Assembly (NCBI GenBank): GCA_041556195.1
Contig: JBFFIY010000003.1
Location: 7,504-71,503, forward strand
Reading direction: 5' to 3'
Source: Enterobacterales bacterium
GTDB lineage: Bacteria; Pseudomonadota; Gammaproteobacteria; Enterobacterales; GCA-002770795
Length of the DNA: 64,000 nucleotides
The first letter of the stretch is position 1. Each line of letters begins with the position of its first letter. The notes below the pieces were generated by a model. That model made no database searches. It saw only the letters and a program-made list of their open reading frames with translations, and had not been told where the DNA came from. The position numbers were made by a program, and so were the translations under genes. Shown piece by piece: positions 39,936-51,209 of this stretch.

Positions 39936-41537
39936 TTATTGATTATCTTCCAGGATCATATCAGCAGCCTTGGCCCCAATCATAACGGTAGGAGCATTGG
40001 TGTTTCCGCTCACCAGAGTGGGCATAATGGAAGCGTCAACCACTCTTAAACCCGTTAATCCGTGAACTCTTAATCTGTCATCAACCACAGCCATGTCATC
40101 ATTTCCCATTTTACAGGTACCTACCGGGTGATAGATAGTATTGGATTTTTCTCTTAAAAACTGTTCGATTGCTTCATCGGATTGAACATGTTTTTCGGGG
40201 AAAATCTCTTCGCCTTTTACCCTGACCAGAGGTTGTTGGTTAAAAATATTTCGGGCAAGTTTAATACCCTTAACCATCGTTGCAACATCATCAGGGTGAC
40301 TGAGCATGTTGACCTCTATTTTGGGAGGGCTACTGGCCTGGTTGTTATACAAAGTGATCTGTCCGCGGCTTTTTGGTCTAAGTAAACACACATGTAACGA
40401 TATGCCATATTTGAACAAGGTGGCAATATCGCGGCCATGGTCATTCATTGAGCCAGCAATAAAATGTAATTGTAGATCAGGGGTTTTTTTACTGGGACTT
40501 GATTTAATAAAACCGCCAGCCTCGGCGACGGGGCTGGTCAATAACCCGGTTCTATTCCTAATGTATTGCCATACACTTCTGGCATGGTAAAGCAGTGCCA
40601 TAGGTCTTAATGAAATTAAAGTGGTTTTTTTATGACGCCTGACAACAAGCGCGTCCACATGATCCTGTAAATTTTGTCCAACGCCTGCCAGTTCATGTTT
40701 CACTTCAATGTCATGTGAAATTAACTGATCTTTAGGGCCAATACCGGAAAGTAATAAGATCTGTGGCGAATTAAAGGCGCCAGCACTTAATAAAATTTCT
40801 TTGTTGGCATTTATCTGGTGTAATTTACCCCCCTTCAAATATTCAACTCCAGTTACCTGCTTTTCACTGAGCAACAACCGTTGAACCAGGGCTTCTGTTA
40901 TAACAGTAAGATTGGGACGATGAGTGACAGGATGTAAAAAGCCTCTGGCGACACTCCATCTCTCTCCATTTTTTTGAGTAACCTGATAAAGCCCTATACC
41001 TTCTTGCGTTTTGCCATTAAAGTCATCATTAAGAGGATAACCTGCATTATGTGCCGCTTTGATGAATTCATCGGCTTGAGGGTGAAGAGAACGGTTTTCA
41101 GCCACATTTAATCCGCCTCCTACACCATGATATTCACTGGCACCTCGCTCCTGATTTTGGGTTTGTTTGAAATAGGGTAAAACATCTTTCCATCCCCAAC
41201 CCTTGTTGCCTAATTCTTGCCAATGATCATAATCTTGCTGTTGTCCTCGAATATAGAGCATGGCATTAACAGAGGAGCTTCCACCCAGAGTTTTGCCTCT
41301 TGGGTTAAAAATACTCCGTTGATTTTGGCTGGTTTCAGGGTGGGAGTTATAAAGCCAATTAAATTTCTTACTGTGCATCAGTAAAACCACGCCCAGAGGA
41401 ATTCGAATTCTGGCTGAATCATCCTTTGGGCCTGCTTCGAGCAAACAGACATTATTATTCGGATCTTTTGATAATCGTTCGGCTAATACACAACCGGCTG
41501 ATCCGGCTCCAACAATAATATAATCAAATTGACTCAT
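39936..41537 (-). CDS. GMC family FAD oxidoreductase (choline dehydrogenase-like)
   Basis: 533 aa. N-terminal FAD fingerprint IIVGAGSAGCVLAERLS. GMC signature blocks GGSSSVNAMLYIRG and the C-terminal HPVGTCKMG. Confidence 0.9.
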   Translation of the reverse strand: MSQFDYIIVGAGSAGCVLAERLSKDPNNNVCLLEAGPKDDSARIRIPLGVVLLMHSKKFNWLYNSHPETSQNQRSIFNPRGKTLGGSSSVNAMLYIRGQQQDYDHWQELGNKGWGWKDVLPYFKQTQNQERGASEYHGVGGGLNVAENRSLHPQADEFIKAAHNAGYPLNDDFNGKTQEGIGLYQVTQKNGERWSVARGFLHPVTHRPNLTVITEALVQRLLLSEKQVTGVEYLKGGKLHQINANKEILLSAGAFNSPQILLLSGIGPKDQLISHDIEVKHELAGVGQNLQDHVDALVVRRHKKTTLISLRPMALLYHARSVWQYIRNRTGLLTSPVAEAGGFIKSSPSKKTPDLQLHFIAGSMNDHGRDIATLFKYGISLHVCLLRPKSRGQITLYNNQASSPPKIEVNMLSHPDDVATMVKGIKLARNIFNQQPLVRVKGEEIFPEKHVQSDEAIEQFLREKSNTIYHPVGTCKMGNDDMAVVDDRLRVHGLTGLRVVDASIMPTLVSGNTNAPTVMIGAKAADMILEDNQ

Positions 41538-41704
41538 GTTTTACTGCTCTCTTATCAACTATTTACTCGTATTTAACCTGGTGTAACTGGGCGTAAATTT
41601 AAACTAAACTCATCCGATCTCTTACTTTAAGCTTTTTTATTTGGTAAGTACAGTACCCACATTTTGGATAAAGTTCACATCTGGCCGTAATGTCGATATA
41701 GTAT

Positions 41705-42454
41705 GTGCAAAAAAGGAGGAACAACTTGTCAAAAATTCTAGAATATCTGTTGCAGAGTCAAATTATTGATCAAAAAATCAATGAGTTAGATCTACGACAG
41801 CAAATTATGCACTTGCGAAGCTGGCAGTGCAGACGGTTAATGGAAAGCTATGATGAATTGTATCAGCAAAAGAAATTTCGTCTTGCCATGGAGTTTTTTA
41901 TTGAAGAGCTTTACGGGCCAAACGATTTTACTCAACGTGACAAAGACATAGAAAAAGTACTGCCTCTCATGGAAAAAGTACTTTCGGAAGAAACCCTGGC
42001 TACTTTTGAAACAGCATTAAAGTTAAATAGTTTATCCTATCAATTGGATTTGGATTTAGTCATGCAGTTACAAGCTATAGAGTCGCATGTGATAGATCCA
42101 TTGGACGATATGGCTAATCTCACAACAGAGCAGTATGCAAAGGCATATAAGGCTTGTGATAACCAACCTCTCCGTCAACAACAGTTAGACTTTATCGAAT
42201 TGCTTGCATTTAACCTGTCCGAACTGGCGCGGCGTAAATCTATCATGTTTATGCTCAAACTCTCCAGAAAACCGGCAAAATTAGCTGGTTTGAGTGAATT
42301 GCAACGGATTTTAGAGGTGGGAGCTTCGGCTTTTAAAAAATTGGGTGAAATAGACGATTTTATTCAACCTATTATTTCCGGTGAAACGGACATTATGCAA
42401 AGTCTGTTTCGGGGTGAGAATTGTCTTCCAGAGCTAGATCCTGGCTCAGAGTAA
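41705..42454 (+). CDS. conserved hypothetical protein
   Basis: 249-aa ORF with no motif I can assign. A strong SD (aaggagg) 6 nt before the TTG at 41726 suggests the true start may be there. Confidence 0.5.
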   Translation: MQKRRNNLSKILEYLLQSQIIDQKINELDLRQQIMHLRSWQCRRLMESYDELYQQKKFRLAMEFFIEELYGPNDFTQRDKDIEKVLPLMEKVLSEETLATFETALKLNSLSYQLDLDLVMQLQAIESHVIDPLDDMANLTTEQYAKAYKACDNQPLRQQQLDFIELLAFNLSELARRKSIMFMLKLSRKPAKLAGLSELQRILEVGASAFKKLGEIDDFIQPIISGETDIMQSLFRGENCLPELDPGSE

Positions 42455-42683
42455 ATTCGAAGCAGGACGCAGAAGCTTTGACTGTTATTTCGCCAAATAG
42501 TTTGTTTTTCATAACTTGAGTTGGTGTTTGTTATGCTATTTCTCATTTTTTCATCAATGGCTGACAAAAATCATCGACACCATAAAAGGATTTCGTTAAT
42601 TTATTCATAAGAAAATATAGTGTGTTTCATATATCAAGCTGAAAAATTACTACAATTACTTCATAACTCTTTAGGAGAAAATT

Positions 42684-43157
42684 ATGACTGTTCCAAGTGC
42701 TATATTGAACTATTTGAACCACAACAATATTGATTACCAGGTTATTCAACATCAACATTCTCAGGGTAGTTTCCAATCTTCTCAATTAGCTCATGTTGAT
42801 GCCAATAAGGTTGCAAAAGCGGTTTTGTTAAAAGATCGTCATGAATATGTCCTGGCTGTGTTACCGGCAAGTCGTAGCATCGACATGCATGGTGTACGAG
42901 AAGAATTTGGTGAACAAATGCAAATGGCAAAAGAGAGTGAAATTGGTCAGTGTTTTCCTGATTGTGAACTTGGCGCCATTCCGGCTATTGGTGAGCTCTA
43001 TGGCTTTAGTACTATTGTCGATAAAAAATTACAGTTGGAGCCGGAGATTTATTTCGAAGCGGGTGATCATGAAGATCTTATACAGGTGTCTGAGACTGAT
43101 TTTGAAAAAATGTTACCCGAAGCTCGTTATAGCTATATCACTAAAGACTGGGAGTGA
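42684..43157 (+). CDS. YbaK/aminoacyl-tRNA-editing-domain family protein
   Basis: 157 aa. The pattern KAVLLKD...VLAVLPA...ID...GAIPAIG fits YbaK/ProRS-associated domains. Confidence 0.6.
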   Translation: MTVPSAILNYLNHNNIDYQVIQHQHSQGSFQSSQLAHVDANKVAKAVLLKDRHEYVLAVLPASRSIDMHGVREEFGEQMQMAKESEIGQCFPDCELGAIPAIGELYGFSTIVDKKLQLEPEIYFEAGDHEDLIQVSETDFEKMLPEARYSYITKDWE

Positions 43158-43262
43158 GATAACACTCCCTTTTGCAGAAGACCCCATTAATTTGCCTGTA
43201 GCAGGATACCAGTAAATTTGTGACACTATTCGGTTGTCTGGATGATTATCAGAACAACCAGG

Positions 43263-43787
43263 TTAGTTGGTACTAACTTGTTTAATCACCTGTGCAGTTT
43301 TCTCTGTCAATCCAGTTAGTCCTAATTTCTTGCCAAATGCCATTGCCACTTCAGCAGGTTTTCCCTTTACAAAATATTCTCTCAAAGCTAACAAAGCACC
43401 AACTCGGTTGCCGCTGGCACAATGCACTAAAGTTGTTTCTTTGCCTATTAATTTATCTAGTTTAATAGCATTTTCTCTAGTGATCTCTTCGTCTCCAGAA
43501 ATTTCAAGCGAATGATATTTAAGTCCTTGTTTTTTTGCCTCTGCCTCTTCGTCAAAATCGTTAAATTCACCTTTTGCACGTAAATTAATTACAACCTTCA
43601 CCCCTTTTCGGGCAAGTAGGTTTAAGTCATATTTACTAGGCTGGCCACCAGTCATCAGGTTTGGTTGTGGAATATGCACGTTCTTTATGGACAACCTTGA
43701 ACCATGGGCAAATAGATCAGTGCTGGTAGAAAAAGTGAGAAGTAGCACAATAGTAAACGCTATTTTTATTAGTATTTTCATAGTCAC
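43263..43787 (-). CDS. secreted Cys-based phosphatase-fold protein (DUF442/PTP-like)
   Basis: Signal peptide. CX5R loop HCASGNRVG. Size and pattern are like DUF442-type phosphatase-fold proteins. Confidence 0.65.
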   Translation of the reverse strand: MTMKILIKIAFTIVLLLTFSTSTDLFAHGSRLSIKNVHIPQPNLMTGGQPSKYDLNLLARKGVKVVINLRAKGEFNDFDEEAEAKKQGLKYHSLEISGDEEITRENAIKLDKLIGKETTLVHCASGNRVGALLALREYFVKGKPAEVAMAFGKKLGLTGLTEKTAQVIKQVSTN

Positions 43788-44139
43788 TCCAGTTAGATAA
43801 TCAAAACATTTTGTATCATCGGGAAATAAGAGAATAAATTTATTATATAAACAAACATTAAATTTACAACTGTTTTTATTTTAATCAATACTTCTCTAAT
43901 TACACCAAAGAAGTCCGAACAGAGCGACTAAAGGGATGTTTAAGGACATTCAGAGACACTTGGTGACACTTATATCAATCTGAGTTATTTTTATACCCTG
44001 TCATTGCGTTAATTTGAACAATTTTGCGCGTTTTTTTTAATTAATTTAAAACCGAAATCAATATTTTTGACTTGATGGGATTAGCCATTTAAAGGTTAAA
44101 TTTAGGGTGTTTGACACTATTGCTTTATGCTCTGTGGAT

Positions 44140-45090
44140 TTAATCATGCAAAGTTGAGCTGGTTTTATAGGGAACTTTGCCCGATGGAACATGTTTTGAT
44201 GCTGGTTCTAAATGTACATCTTGATCATCAAAGAATATGTGGGGTTTAAATGCTTTTAATATTTTTGATTTATCCAGGCCACCAAGAAAAAATATTTCAT
44301 CCACATATACTCCCCAGTGTCTTAGAGTTTTAATTACACGCATTTCAGCAGGGCTGTTTCTAGCGGTTACAATGGCTATCCTGACAGGAGAATATTCGAC
44401 TTTATGCGGCAATCTATCCTGAAGACGAGATAACTTTTTGAGTAACTTTGCATAAGGCCCATCGCTTAAAGGTTTGTCTTGTTTTCTATCTTCAGTATCA
44501 TGAAAGCCTTGAAGACCTTCAGCTTTAAATACAACTTCACTTTCATCACTAAATAATACAGCATCACCGTCAAACGCTATACGAACCTGACCTTCGGGGA
44601 TTTTTTCAATATCTTTAGGTGGAGCTTTAACAACAGCAACTGCACATGTATCACTATCAATGACCTTCTGAGCATCTTCAGGATTTGTTGTAAGAAACAG
44701 GTCAACATCATAAGCCTCCAGATAGTCTACAACAGATTCACCACCTGTAAATGCTGAACGACTTATATCCAGATTTTGTTCGCGAATGTTGTGGAATACC
44801 CTGACGCCAGTTTCCGGGCTGTTTCGTGACATAACAACAACTTGAACCAGAGGTCTTTCATTTTCAGGCTGAAATTGATTAAGTGAGAATAATGCTTTGA
44901 CCAGGGGAAAACCCGTGCCGGGATCAAGGGAGTCCTTCTCTCTCTGCTCCATGTATCTTCTATATTCATCAATTGCTGCTTCGGGATCAGTGTCATACTT
45001 TTGTCTAAATATGCTATCTGCTTCGCTTAAATCAAACAAAGCGGTTGCTGTAATTCCGATGACTAATGTGTCAGATAAATCTAATGGCAT
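44140..45090 (-). CDS. 5'-nucleotidase-like protein (cytosolic 5'-nucleotidase IA-type family)
   Basis: 316 aa. Conserved blocks IAFDGDAVLFSDESE and FFDDQ resemble the bacterial homologues of cN-IA as I recall them. Confidence 0.55.
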   Translation of the reverse strand: MPLDLSDTLVIGITATALFDLSEADSIFRQKYDTDPEAAIDEYRRYMEQREKDSLDPGTGFPLVKALFSLNQFQPENERPLVQVVVMSRNSPETGVRVFHNIREQNLDISRSAFTGGESVVDYLEAYDVDLFLTTNPEDAQKVIDSDTCAVAVVKAPPKDIEKIPEGQVRIAFDGDAVLFSDESEVVFKAEGLQGFHDTEDRKQDKPLSDGPYAKLLKKLSRLQDRLPHKVEYSPVRIAIVTARNSPAEMRVIKTLRHWGVYVDEIFFLGGLDKSKILKAFKPHIFFDDQDVHLEPASKHVPSGKVPYKTSSTLHD

Positions 45091-45164
45091 GAGATCCCTT
45101 AAAATATGTCAAGACTGTAGGAAAAATTCTTATTGAACTAATGAACTTTATTAGATAAAAGTAA

Positions 45165-45317
45165 AGTAACTATTCAGCTTACCCCTAAAATGAGCCATCT
45201 CATCGTTCAAAAATGGTCAAATAATCGAGTATACTCACATTTTTTGCCTCGATCTGACTCATTTTAGAGGAAACCTGAACAGTTACGGTTACATGTAACA
45301 GCTCGCTGAGTAGTTAC
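45165..45317. repeat. hairpin-forming intergenic repeat, family 1, copy B
   Basis: Same architecture as 9585..9737. It differs from copy C by about 8 substitutions in manual alignment. Confidence 0.85.
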
Positions 45318-45331
45318 AAAGTAAAATTATA

Positions 45332-45484
45332 GGTAACTATTCAGCTTACCTCTAAAATGAGCCATCTCATCGTTCAAAAATGGTCAAATAATCGAGTATA
45401 CTCACATTTTTTGCCTCGATCTGGCTCATTTTAGAGGAAACCTGAACAGCTACGGGCACATTTAACAACTCGCTGAGTAGTTAC
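45332..45484. repeat. hairpin-forming intergenic repeat, family 1, copy C
   Basis: In tandem with copy B, separated by 14 bp. Confidence 0.85.
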
Positions 45485-45530
45485 AAATTATATTATCAAC
45501 GGTGCTTATCATTGTATAAAATAGTCTTTG

Positions 45531-45950
45531 TTAGTCTACAATTTTTAGCTCGTATAACTCACACCACTCACGTAGTGCTTCTTCTTGTGCTTTGTTTTCA
45601 TATTCATACCATTGTTCAAGCAAACTTCTGCTTTCCAGGATGCTTTTAAACCTTTGATATGCTCCCCTTTGCCGAAATATAGATTCTATTTTATCTTCTT
45701 CTTCCGGTAAAAATTGATAGGTAAACCTGAGAACCAGTTTTTTCCCCAGATTTAACTCGTTTTTATGAGGCAAAGCCAGATATTTATGTTCATCAGTAAT
45801 GTCGTCTGGTAATTCCTGTTCGTTATCACCAAATGATGAATACCAATGTGTTTCACCTGTGTGAATATTCACATAGGCTTCATTCTCTCCTAACTGTGCG
45901 GAGCTAACCATCTCAAATGCCATTTCAACGTCTGAATATTTTGTTGTCAT
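45531..45950 (-). CDS. small acidic hypothetical protein (UPF0158-like)
   Basis: 139-aa ORF. The pattern resembles UPF0158-type proteins, but this assignment rests on memory only. Confidence 0.45.
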   Translation of the reverse strand: MTTKYSDVEMAFEMVSSAQLGENEAYVNIHTGETHWYSSFGDNEQELPDDITDEHKYLALPHKNELNLGKKLVLRFTYQFLPEEEDKIESIFRQRGAYQRFKSILESRSLLEQWYEYENKAQEEALREWCELYELKIVD

Positions 45951-46143
45951 TTTTTGCCAATCTTATCTGTTAGTTTGAATTTGTTTTTTATTAAGTTAAC
46001 GGATTTTAAGCTTTTCATTTATTACATTAACCTTTTTAAAGTTAAATTATGGGCGTCCAGGATATTATGTTACAAGCCTTTGTTGAACTGCACCTATACC
46101 CGTGGTGAAAAACTTGTTATCTTAAATACCTTCTGGACTTTAG

Positions 46144-47250
46144 TTAAATGCTCTGCCTTGTCTGCAAATAAGATAAATCAGCTAAGGCCGTCCATGATTG
46201 AACTTGCTCTTTGAAGTTAGAGTAAGAATGGTAGATCTCCTGGGATAAGGGATCTTGCCCTACGTTATCTTTTACCACTTCGATGGAGAGTTGTTTGAGT
46301 TTGCTCAGGACTTCATCGGGTAGTCGGCGCACGTCAACCTGATGTTGTTGTTTGAGTACATTCAGCGCCTCAAAATTTTTGGCAGTAAAATCTGACAACA
46401 TGTCGTGGTTGGCGATTAAACAGGCATCTAATACAATTTCTTGTAAGTCTTCAGGCAGTGCTTTTAAGGCTTTTTGGTTGATGATGGCTTCCATGGTGGA
46501 GCCTGGTTCATGCCAACCGGGGTAGTAGTAATATTTAGCTGCTTTATACAGGCCAAAGGCCAGATCATTGTATGGGCCTACCCATTCAGCCGCATCAATA
46601 GCTCCTCTTTCTAAAGCGGTGAAAACTTCGGAGCCTGGCAACAATACAGGTACGCCACCAGCGCGTTTTAATACTTCACCGCCAAGTCCGGGAATACGCA
46701 TTTTCAGACCTTTAAGATCGTCAATGTTATTGATCTCTTTATTAAACCAACCCGCCATTTGTACACCAGTATTTCCAGCGGGACGTGGAATAACTCCATG
46801 AGGTTGGTAGAGTTTTTCCCACAATTTGAGGCCATCACCCTTTAGCAGCCATGCATTCATTTCTTGAGCTGTCAGGCCAAAGGGGACGGAGCTAAAAAAA
46901 GGTGCAGCTGGCATTTTGCCTTTCCAGTAATAGGAGGCACCCTGTCCCATTTGAGCTGTTCCCGCACTTACAGCATCAAATACTTGTAAGGCTGGAACGA
47001 GTTCACCAGCGCCCAAGACTCGAATTTTTAAGCGATTTCCACTCATTTTATTGATTAATCTTGCCAGATATTCTGCACCTTCGCCCAGTCCTTGAAAATT
47101 TTTCGGCCAGGTGGTGACCATGGTCCAATGGATGGTTTTTTGGGATTTTACCGCTGTATCTACAGCGCAGTCGGACTGACTACTACAAGCTGATAAGCCC
47201 GCTACAGTTGCGGTTGTACCTAATGCGGTCAGGAAATTTCTACGCTTCAT
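46144..47250 (-). CDS. TRAP transporter substrate-binding protein (DctP-type), Tat-like signal
   Basis: MKRRNFLTALGTTATVAGLSAC signal. DctP-family periplasmic-binding pattern. No DctQ/DctM genes are adjacent. Confidence 0.8.
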   Translation of the reverse strand: MKRRNFLTALGTTATVAGLSACSSQSDCAVDTAVKSQKTIHWTMVTTWPKNFQGLGEGAEYLARLINKMSGNRLKIRVLGAGELVPALQVFDAVSAGTAQMGQGASYYWKGKMPAAPFFSSVPFGLTAQEMNAWLLKGDGLKLWEKLYQPHGVIPRPAGNTGVQMAGWFNKEINNIDDLKGLKMRIPGLGGEVLKRAGGVPVLLPGSEVFTALERGAIDAAEWVGPYNDLAFGLYKAAKYYYYPGWHEPGSTMEAIINQKALKALPEDLQEIVLDACLIANHDMLSDFTAKNFEALNVLKQQHQVDVRRLPDEVLSKLKQLSIEVVKDNVGQDPLSQEIYHSYSNFKEQVQSWTALADLSYLQTRQSI

Positions 47251-47264
47251 GGTTTGCTTCTCAC

Positions 47265-48797
47265 TTATTTTTTATTTTTAGGAGAGGATTTGAGGAATGC
47301 TCTCGAAGGAGAGTTACGTGATGCGCTTGTGGAGGGAATATCCAGCTCTTCCCAGAGATCATCAATGCGTTGTTTTGTTGCATCGTCCATTGCGATAGGC
47401 TCTCCCCACTCGCGGTTAGTTTCACCTGTCCATTTATTGGTGGCATCTAACCCCATTTTTGAGCCGAGTCCGGCTATAGGTGAGGCAAAATCTAAATAAT
47501 CAATAGGGGTGTTTTCTATCATCACTGTGTCCCGTGCAGGATCCATTCGAGTGGTCATAGCCCAGATCACATCGTTCCAATCTCTGGCGTTTACATCATC
47601 ATCGGTGACAATGACAAATTTGGTGTACATAAACTGCCTTAAGAACGACCATACTCCCATCATCACGCGTTTGGCGTGACCAGGATATTGTTTTTTGATG
47701 GTGACGATAGCAAGTCGATAAGAGCAGCCTTCGGGCGGCAAGTAAAAGTCAACTATCTCTGGGAATTGCTTTTGTAAAATAGGAATAAACACTTCATTCA
47801 GTGCCTCTCCTAAAATGGCAGGTTCATCCGGTGGCCTGCCGGTATAGGTGGAGTGGTAAATTGGATTTTTTCTGTGAGTGATGCGTTCAATTGTGAAAAC
47901 TGGAAATTGCTCAACTTCGTTATAATAACCAGTGTGATCGCCATAAGGGCCTTCAGCGGCCATTTCATCCGGCGCGATATATCCTTCTAATACGAACTCG
48001 GCACTGGCTGGAACCTGTAAATCATTACCTATGCATTTGACAACTTCTGTTTTGCTGCCACGTAATAATCCAGCAAAAGCATATTCAGACAGGGAGTCTG
48101 GCACTGGCGTTACTGCACCTAAAATGGTGGCAGGATCAGCGCCAAGTGCTACCGAGATTGGGAAGTTTTCACCGGGATGCTGTTCTTTCCAGGCTTGAAA
48201 GTCTAATGCACCACCCCGATGCGATAACCAGCGCATAATCACCTTATTTTTAGAAAGTACCTGTTGGCGGTAGATCCCGAGATTTTGACGAGGTTTATCC
48301 GGGCCTTTGCTGACCACCAGCCCCCAGGTAATTAATGGTGCGGCATCTCCCGGCCAGCAGGTTTGAACGGGAATTTTATTGAGATCAACGTCTTCCCCTT
48401 CAACAATAACATCCTGACAAGGTGCCTTAGATCGTTCTTTCGGGGCCATATTCAGCACTTGTTTAAATACAGGCCACTTGTCTAAAGCATCACGAAAGCC
48501 TTCCGGTGGCTCTGGTTCTTTCAGATAAGCAAGTAATTTACCGACTTCGCGCAGGGCTGTAACGGAGGTTTTGCCCATCCCTAAGGCCACTCGTTCTGGT
48601 GTTCCGAACAGGTTTGCCAGTACCGGAATAGAATAACCCTTCGGGTTTTCAAATAATAACGCCGGCCCACCCGTTCTCAGGGTGCGATCGGCAATTTCGG
48701 TCATTTCTAAATTAGGATCAACGGGGGTTGAAATACGTTTGAGTTGTCCGCGTTCTTCCAATAATTGGATGAAATCACGTAGATCTTTATATTTCAT
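47265..48797 (-). CDS. ubiD: 4-hydroxy-3-polyprenylbenzoate decarboxylase
   Basis: 510 aa, collinear with E. coli UbiD ([14 protein letters not shown]..., [10 protein letters not shown], and other blocks). Confidence 0.92.
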   Translation of the reverse strand: MKYKDLRDFIQLLEERGQLKRISTPVDPNLEMTEIADRTLRTGGPALLFENPKGYSIPVLANLFGTPERVALGMGKTSVTALREVGKLLAYLKEPEPPEGFRDALDKWPVFKQVLNMAPKERSKAPCQDVIVEGEDVDLNKIPVQTCWPGDAAPLITWGLVVSKGPDKPRQNLGIYRQQVLSKNKVIMRWLSHRGGALDFQAWKEQHPGENFPISVALGADPATILGAVTPVPDSLSEYAFAGLLRGSKTEVVKCIGNDLQVPASAEFVLEGYIAPDEMAAEGPYGDHTGYYNEVEQFPVFTIERITHRKNPIYHSTYTGRPPDEPAILGEALNEVFIPILQKQFPEIVDFYLPPEGCSYRLAIVTIKKQYPGHAKRVMMGVWSFLRQFMYTKFVIVTDDDVNARDWNDVIWAMTTRMDPARDTVMIENTPIDYLDFASPIAGLGSKMGLDATNKWTGETNREWGEPIAMDDATKQRIDDLWEELDIPSTSASRNSPSRAFLKSSPKNKK

Positions 48798-48928
48798 TCA
48801 GGCCACTCCATTCAGACCAATTCAAGAGGTGGAATATAGTGCCTGATTGAGAAAGAAGGTTTAAGATTTTCTGCGACTATGGCAGCGTAGCTACAATTTC
48901 TTTTCCATTCAAACACAAGGTAGAATGT

Positions 48929-50188
48929 TTATGAGCGTTTCATTGAGTCAAAAAATTCATCATTGGTTTTTGATAGTGCCAATCGATCAATAAGGAACTC
49001 TATGCCGTCAGTTTCATCCATTGGGTGGATAATTTTACGCAGGATCCACATTTTTTGTAGCTCGTCAGTGGTGGTGAGTAAATCTTCTTTACGCGTGCCA
49101 GAGCGAGTGACGTTGATGGCAGGATATACACGTTTTTCAGCGATACGGCGATCCAGATGGAGTTCCATATTACCGGTGCCTTTGAATTCTTCGTAGATAA
49201 CTTCATCCATTTTAGAACCGGTGTCGACCAAAGCTGTGGCAATAATAGTTATGCTTCCGCCTTCTTCGATATTACGTGCAGCACCAAAAAAGCGTTTAGG
49301 TTTGTGTAGAGCGTGAGCATCGACACCACCAGTTAATACTTTACCCGATGAAGGGATCACGGTGTTGTAAGCACGGGCCAAACGAGTAATGGAATCCAAT
49401 AAAATAACCACGTCTTTTTTGTGTTCGGCTAAACGTTTGGCTTTTTCAATAACCATTTCAGCTACTTGAACGTGACGACTGGCAGGTTCATCAAAGGTAG
49501 AAGCTACCACTTCACCGCGAACGGTTCGGCTCATTTCGGTAACTTCTTCTGGTCGTTCGTCAATTAACAATACCAGTAATACGCAATCCGGGTTATTAAA
49601 GGAGATAGACTGCGCAATATTTTGCAGCATCATGGTTTTACCGGCTTTAGGAGGAGATACAATTAAGCCGCGTTGTCCTTTACCGATTGGAGCTGCTAAG
49701 TCAATAATTCTGGCAGTGACGTCTTCAGTACTACCGTTACCTCTTTCCATACGCATTCTTTCATTAGGGTGCAATGGTGTAAGGTTTTCAAACAGGATTT
49801 TGCCTTTGGCCTGTTCTGGAGATTCAAAATTAATTTCATTGACACGTAACAGTGCAAAATAGCGCTCACCTTCTTTAGGTGGGCGAATTTTTCCAGAAAC
49901 CGTATCGCCTGTTCTTAAATTAAATCGTCTGATTTGACTAGGAGAAACATAGATGTCATCTGGACCTGCCAGGTAGGAGGCGTCAGCAGATCGCAAAAAA
50001 CCAAAACCATCGGGCAAAATTTCGAGAACACCGTCCCCAAAAATATCTTCGCCACTTTTGGCGTGTTTTTTTAATACGGCAAATATGACGTCTTGTTTAC
50101 GGGTACGTCCCAGATTATCAAGTCCCATATCTTGGGCTAAGGCAATAAGGGCATTTATGGGTTTTTTCTTTAGTTCGGTTAGATTCAT
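48929..50188 (-). CDS. rho: transcription termination factor Rho
   Basis: 419 aa, near-identical in motifs to E. coli Rho (Walker A PPKAGKT, RNA-binding FGFLR). Confidence 0.98.
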   Translation of the reverse strand: MNLTELKKKPINALIALAQDMGLDNLGRTRKQDVIFAVLKKHAKSGEDIFGDGVLEILPDGFGFLRSADASYLAGPDDIYVSPSQIRRFNLRTGDTVSGKIRPPKEGERYFALLRVNEINFESPEQAKGKILFENLTPLHPNERMRMERGNGSTEDVTARIIDLAAPIGKGQRGLIVSPPKAGKTMMLQNIAQSISFNNPDCVLLVLLIDERPEEVTEMSRTVRGEVVASTFDEPASRHVQVAEMVIEKAKRLAEHKKDVVILLDSITRLARAYNTVIPSSGKVLTGGVDAHALHKPKRFFGAARNIEEGGSITIIATALVDTGSKMDEVIYEEFKGTGNMELHLDRRIAEKRVYPAINVTRSGTRKEDLLTTTDELQKMWILRKIIHPMDETDGIEFLIDRLALSKTNDEFFDSMKRS

Positions 50189-50518
50189 GAGAAGATTGTC
50201 TATTGAGGTTATGTGATCCAGAAAAGGATGATTGTGTGTAGAAACTCTTTGGTTAAATTAATTGGTTAAAACTTTATTTATTTATTTAAAATTCAGGAAT
50301 TAGTCGTTGATCGGCCTGGGAAAGGGAAACGTAATGTCTCTGCAGGCAGGGCTAAGTTATCATTGGAACAGGCAAAGGTCAAATTTAAATTTTTAAAACC
50401 TGCTGGACGGAGTTGTTTTTTGAATAGAAAAACAAATATCCAATTACACTACTGTTCTATTCTAAGAAATAAGATTTCAACATAATATTTATCAGTAGTG
50501 TAATCAGCAGGTAAGGAG

Positions 50519-50845
50519 TTATAAACTGCTATCTAAAAAAGCGGCTAGCTGAGATTTAGATAAAGCACCAACTTTAGTTGCTTCAGCTTGACCATTTTTG
50601 AATAAGATTAGTGTAGGAATTCCACGAATACCAAATAGTGGTGGTGTTGCTGAGTTTTCATCAATATTTAATTTAGCGACTTTAATTTTGCCGGCATATT
50701 CTACAGCGACCTCTTCCAGAATAGGCGCAATCATTTTACAGGGACCGCACCATTCAGCCCAAAAATCAACCAATACTGGGGTGTCAGAATTAAGTACATC
50801 GGCTTCAAATGAATCGTCGGAAACATGGGCAATATTATCGCTCAT
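50519..50845 (-). CDS. trxA: thioredoxin
   Basis: 108 aa with the WCGPCK active site. Confidence 0.97.
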   Translation of the reverse strand: MSDNIAHVSDDSFEADVLNSDTPVLVDFWAEWCGPCKMIAPILEEVAVEYAGKIKVAKLNIDENSATPPLFGIRGIPTLILFKNGQAEATKVGALSKSQLAAFLDSSL

Positions 50846-51209
50846 TGAATTGTCTCTCCTAAGTTTATCGCCCTACTTGGGCATTTAATGAATGATTAGG
50901 GGTAATAGATGGTGCCAACGCTTAAGAATTACAAGGGTTATATTCTATTTGTTGGTATAAATTGAATAGTATTTGACTGAAAATTGACGAACAATGCAAG
51001 GCTTGTTAGCAAATTATTAACCCTATAAATTGCTTATTTTAAGCAAAACAATAAATTTACCCTAATAATCAAGCGGTTGAGTCTCTTATACCAAAACATC
51101 TGGTTCATGCTATAGTTCTGCATTAATGTGAGTGATCTGGTTAATAGACGTTAGCCAGGTACTTGTTTCAATTTTAAAATTAACCTTATTCTCTTGGAAA
51201 TTTCTTTTT

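Noticed and set aside
43232-43259. The hairpin ggttgtctg..cagaacaacc between the convergent YbaK-like and phosphatase-like genes as a terminator.
   Set aside because: The stem has a bulge and there is no U tract on either strand. This is too weak to annotate.
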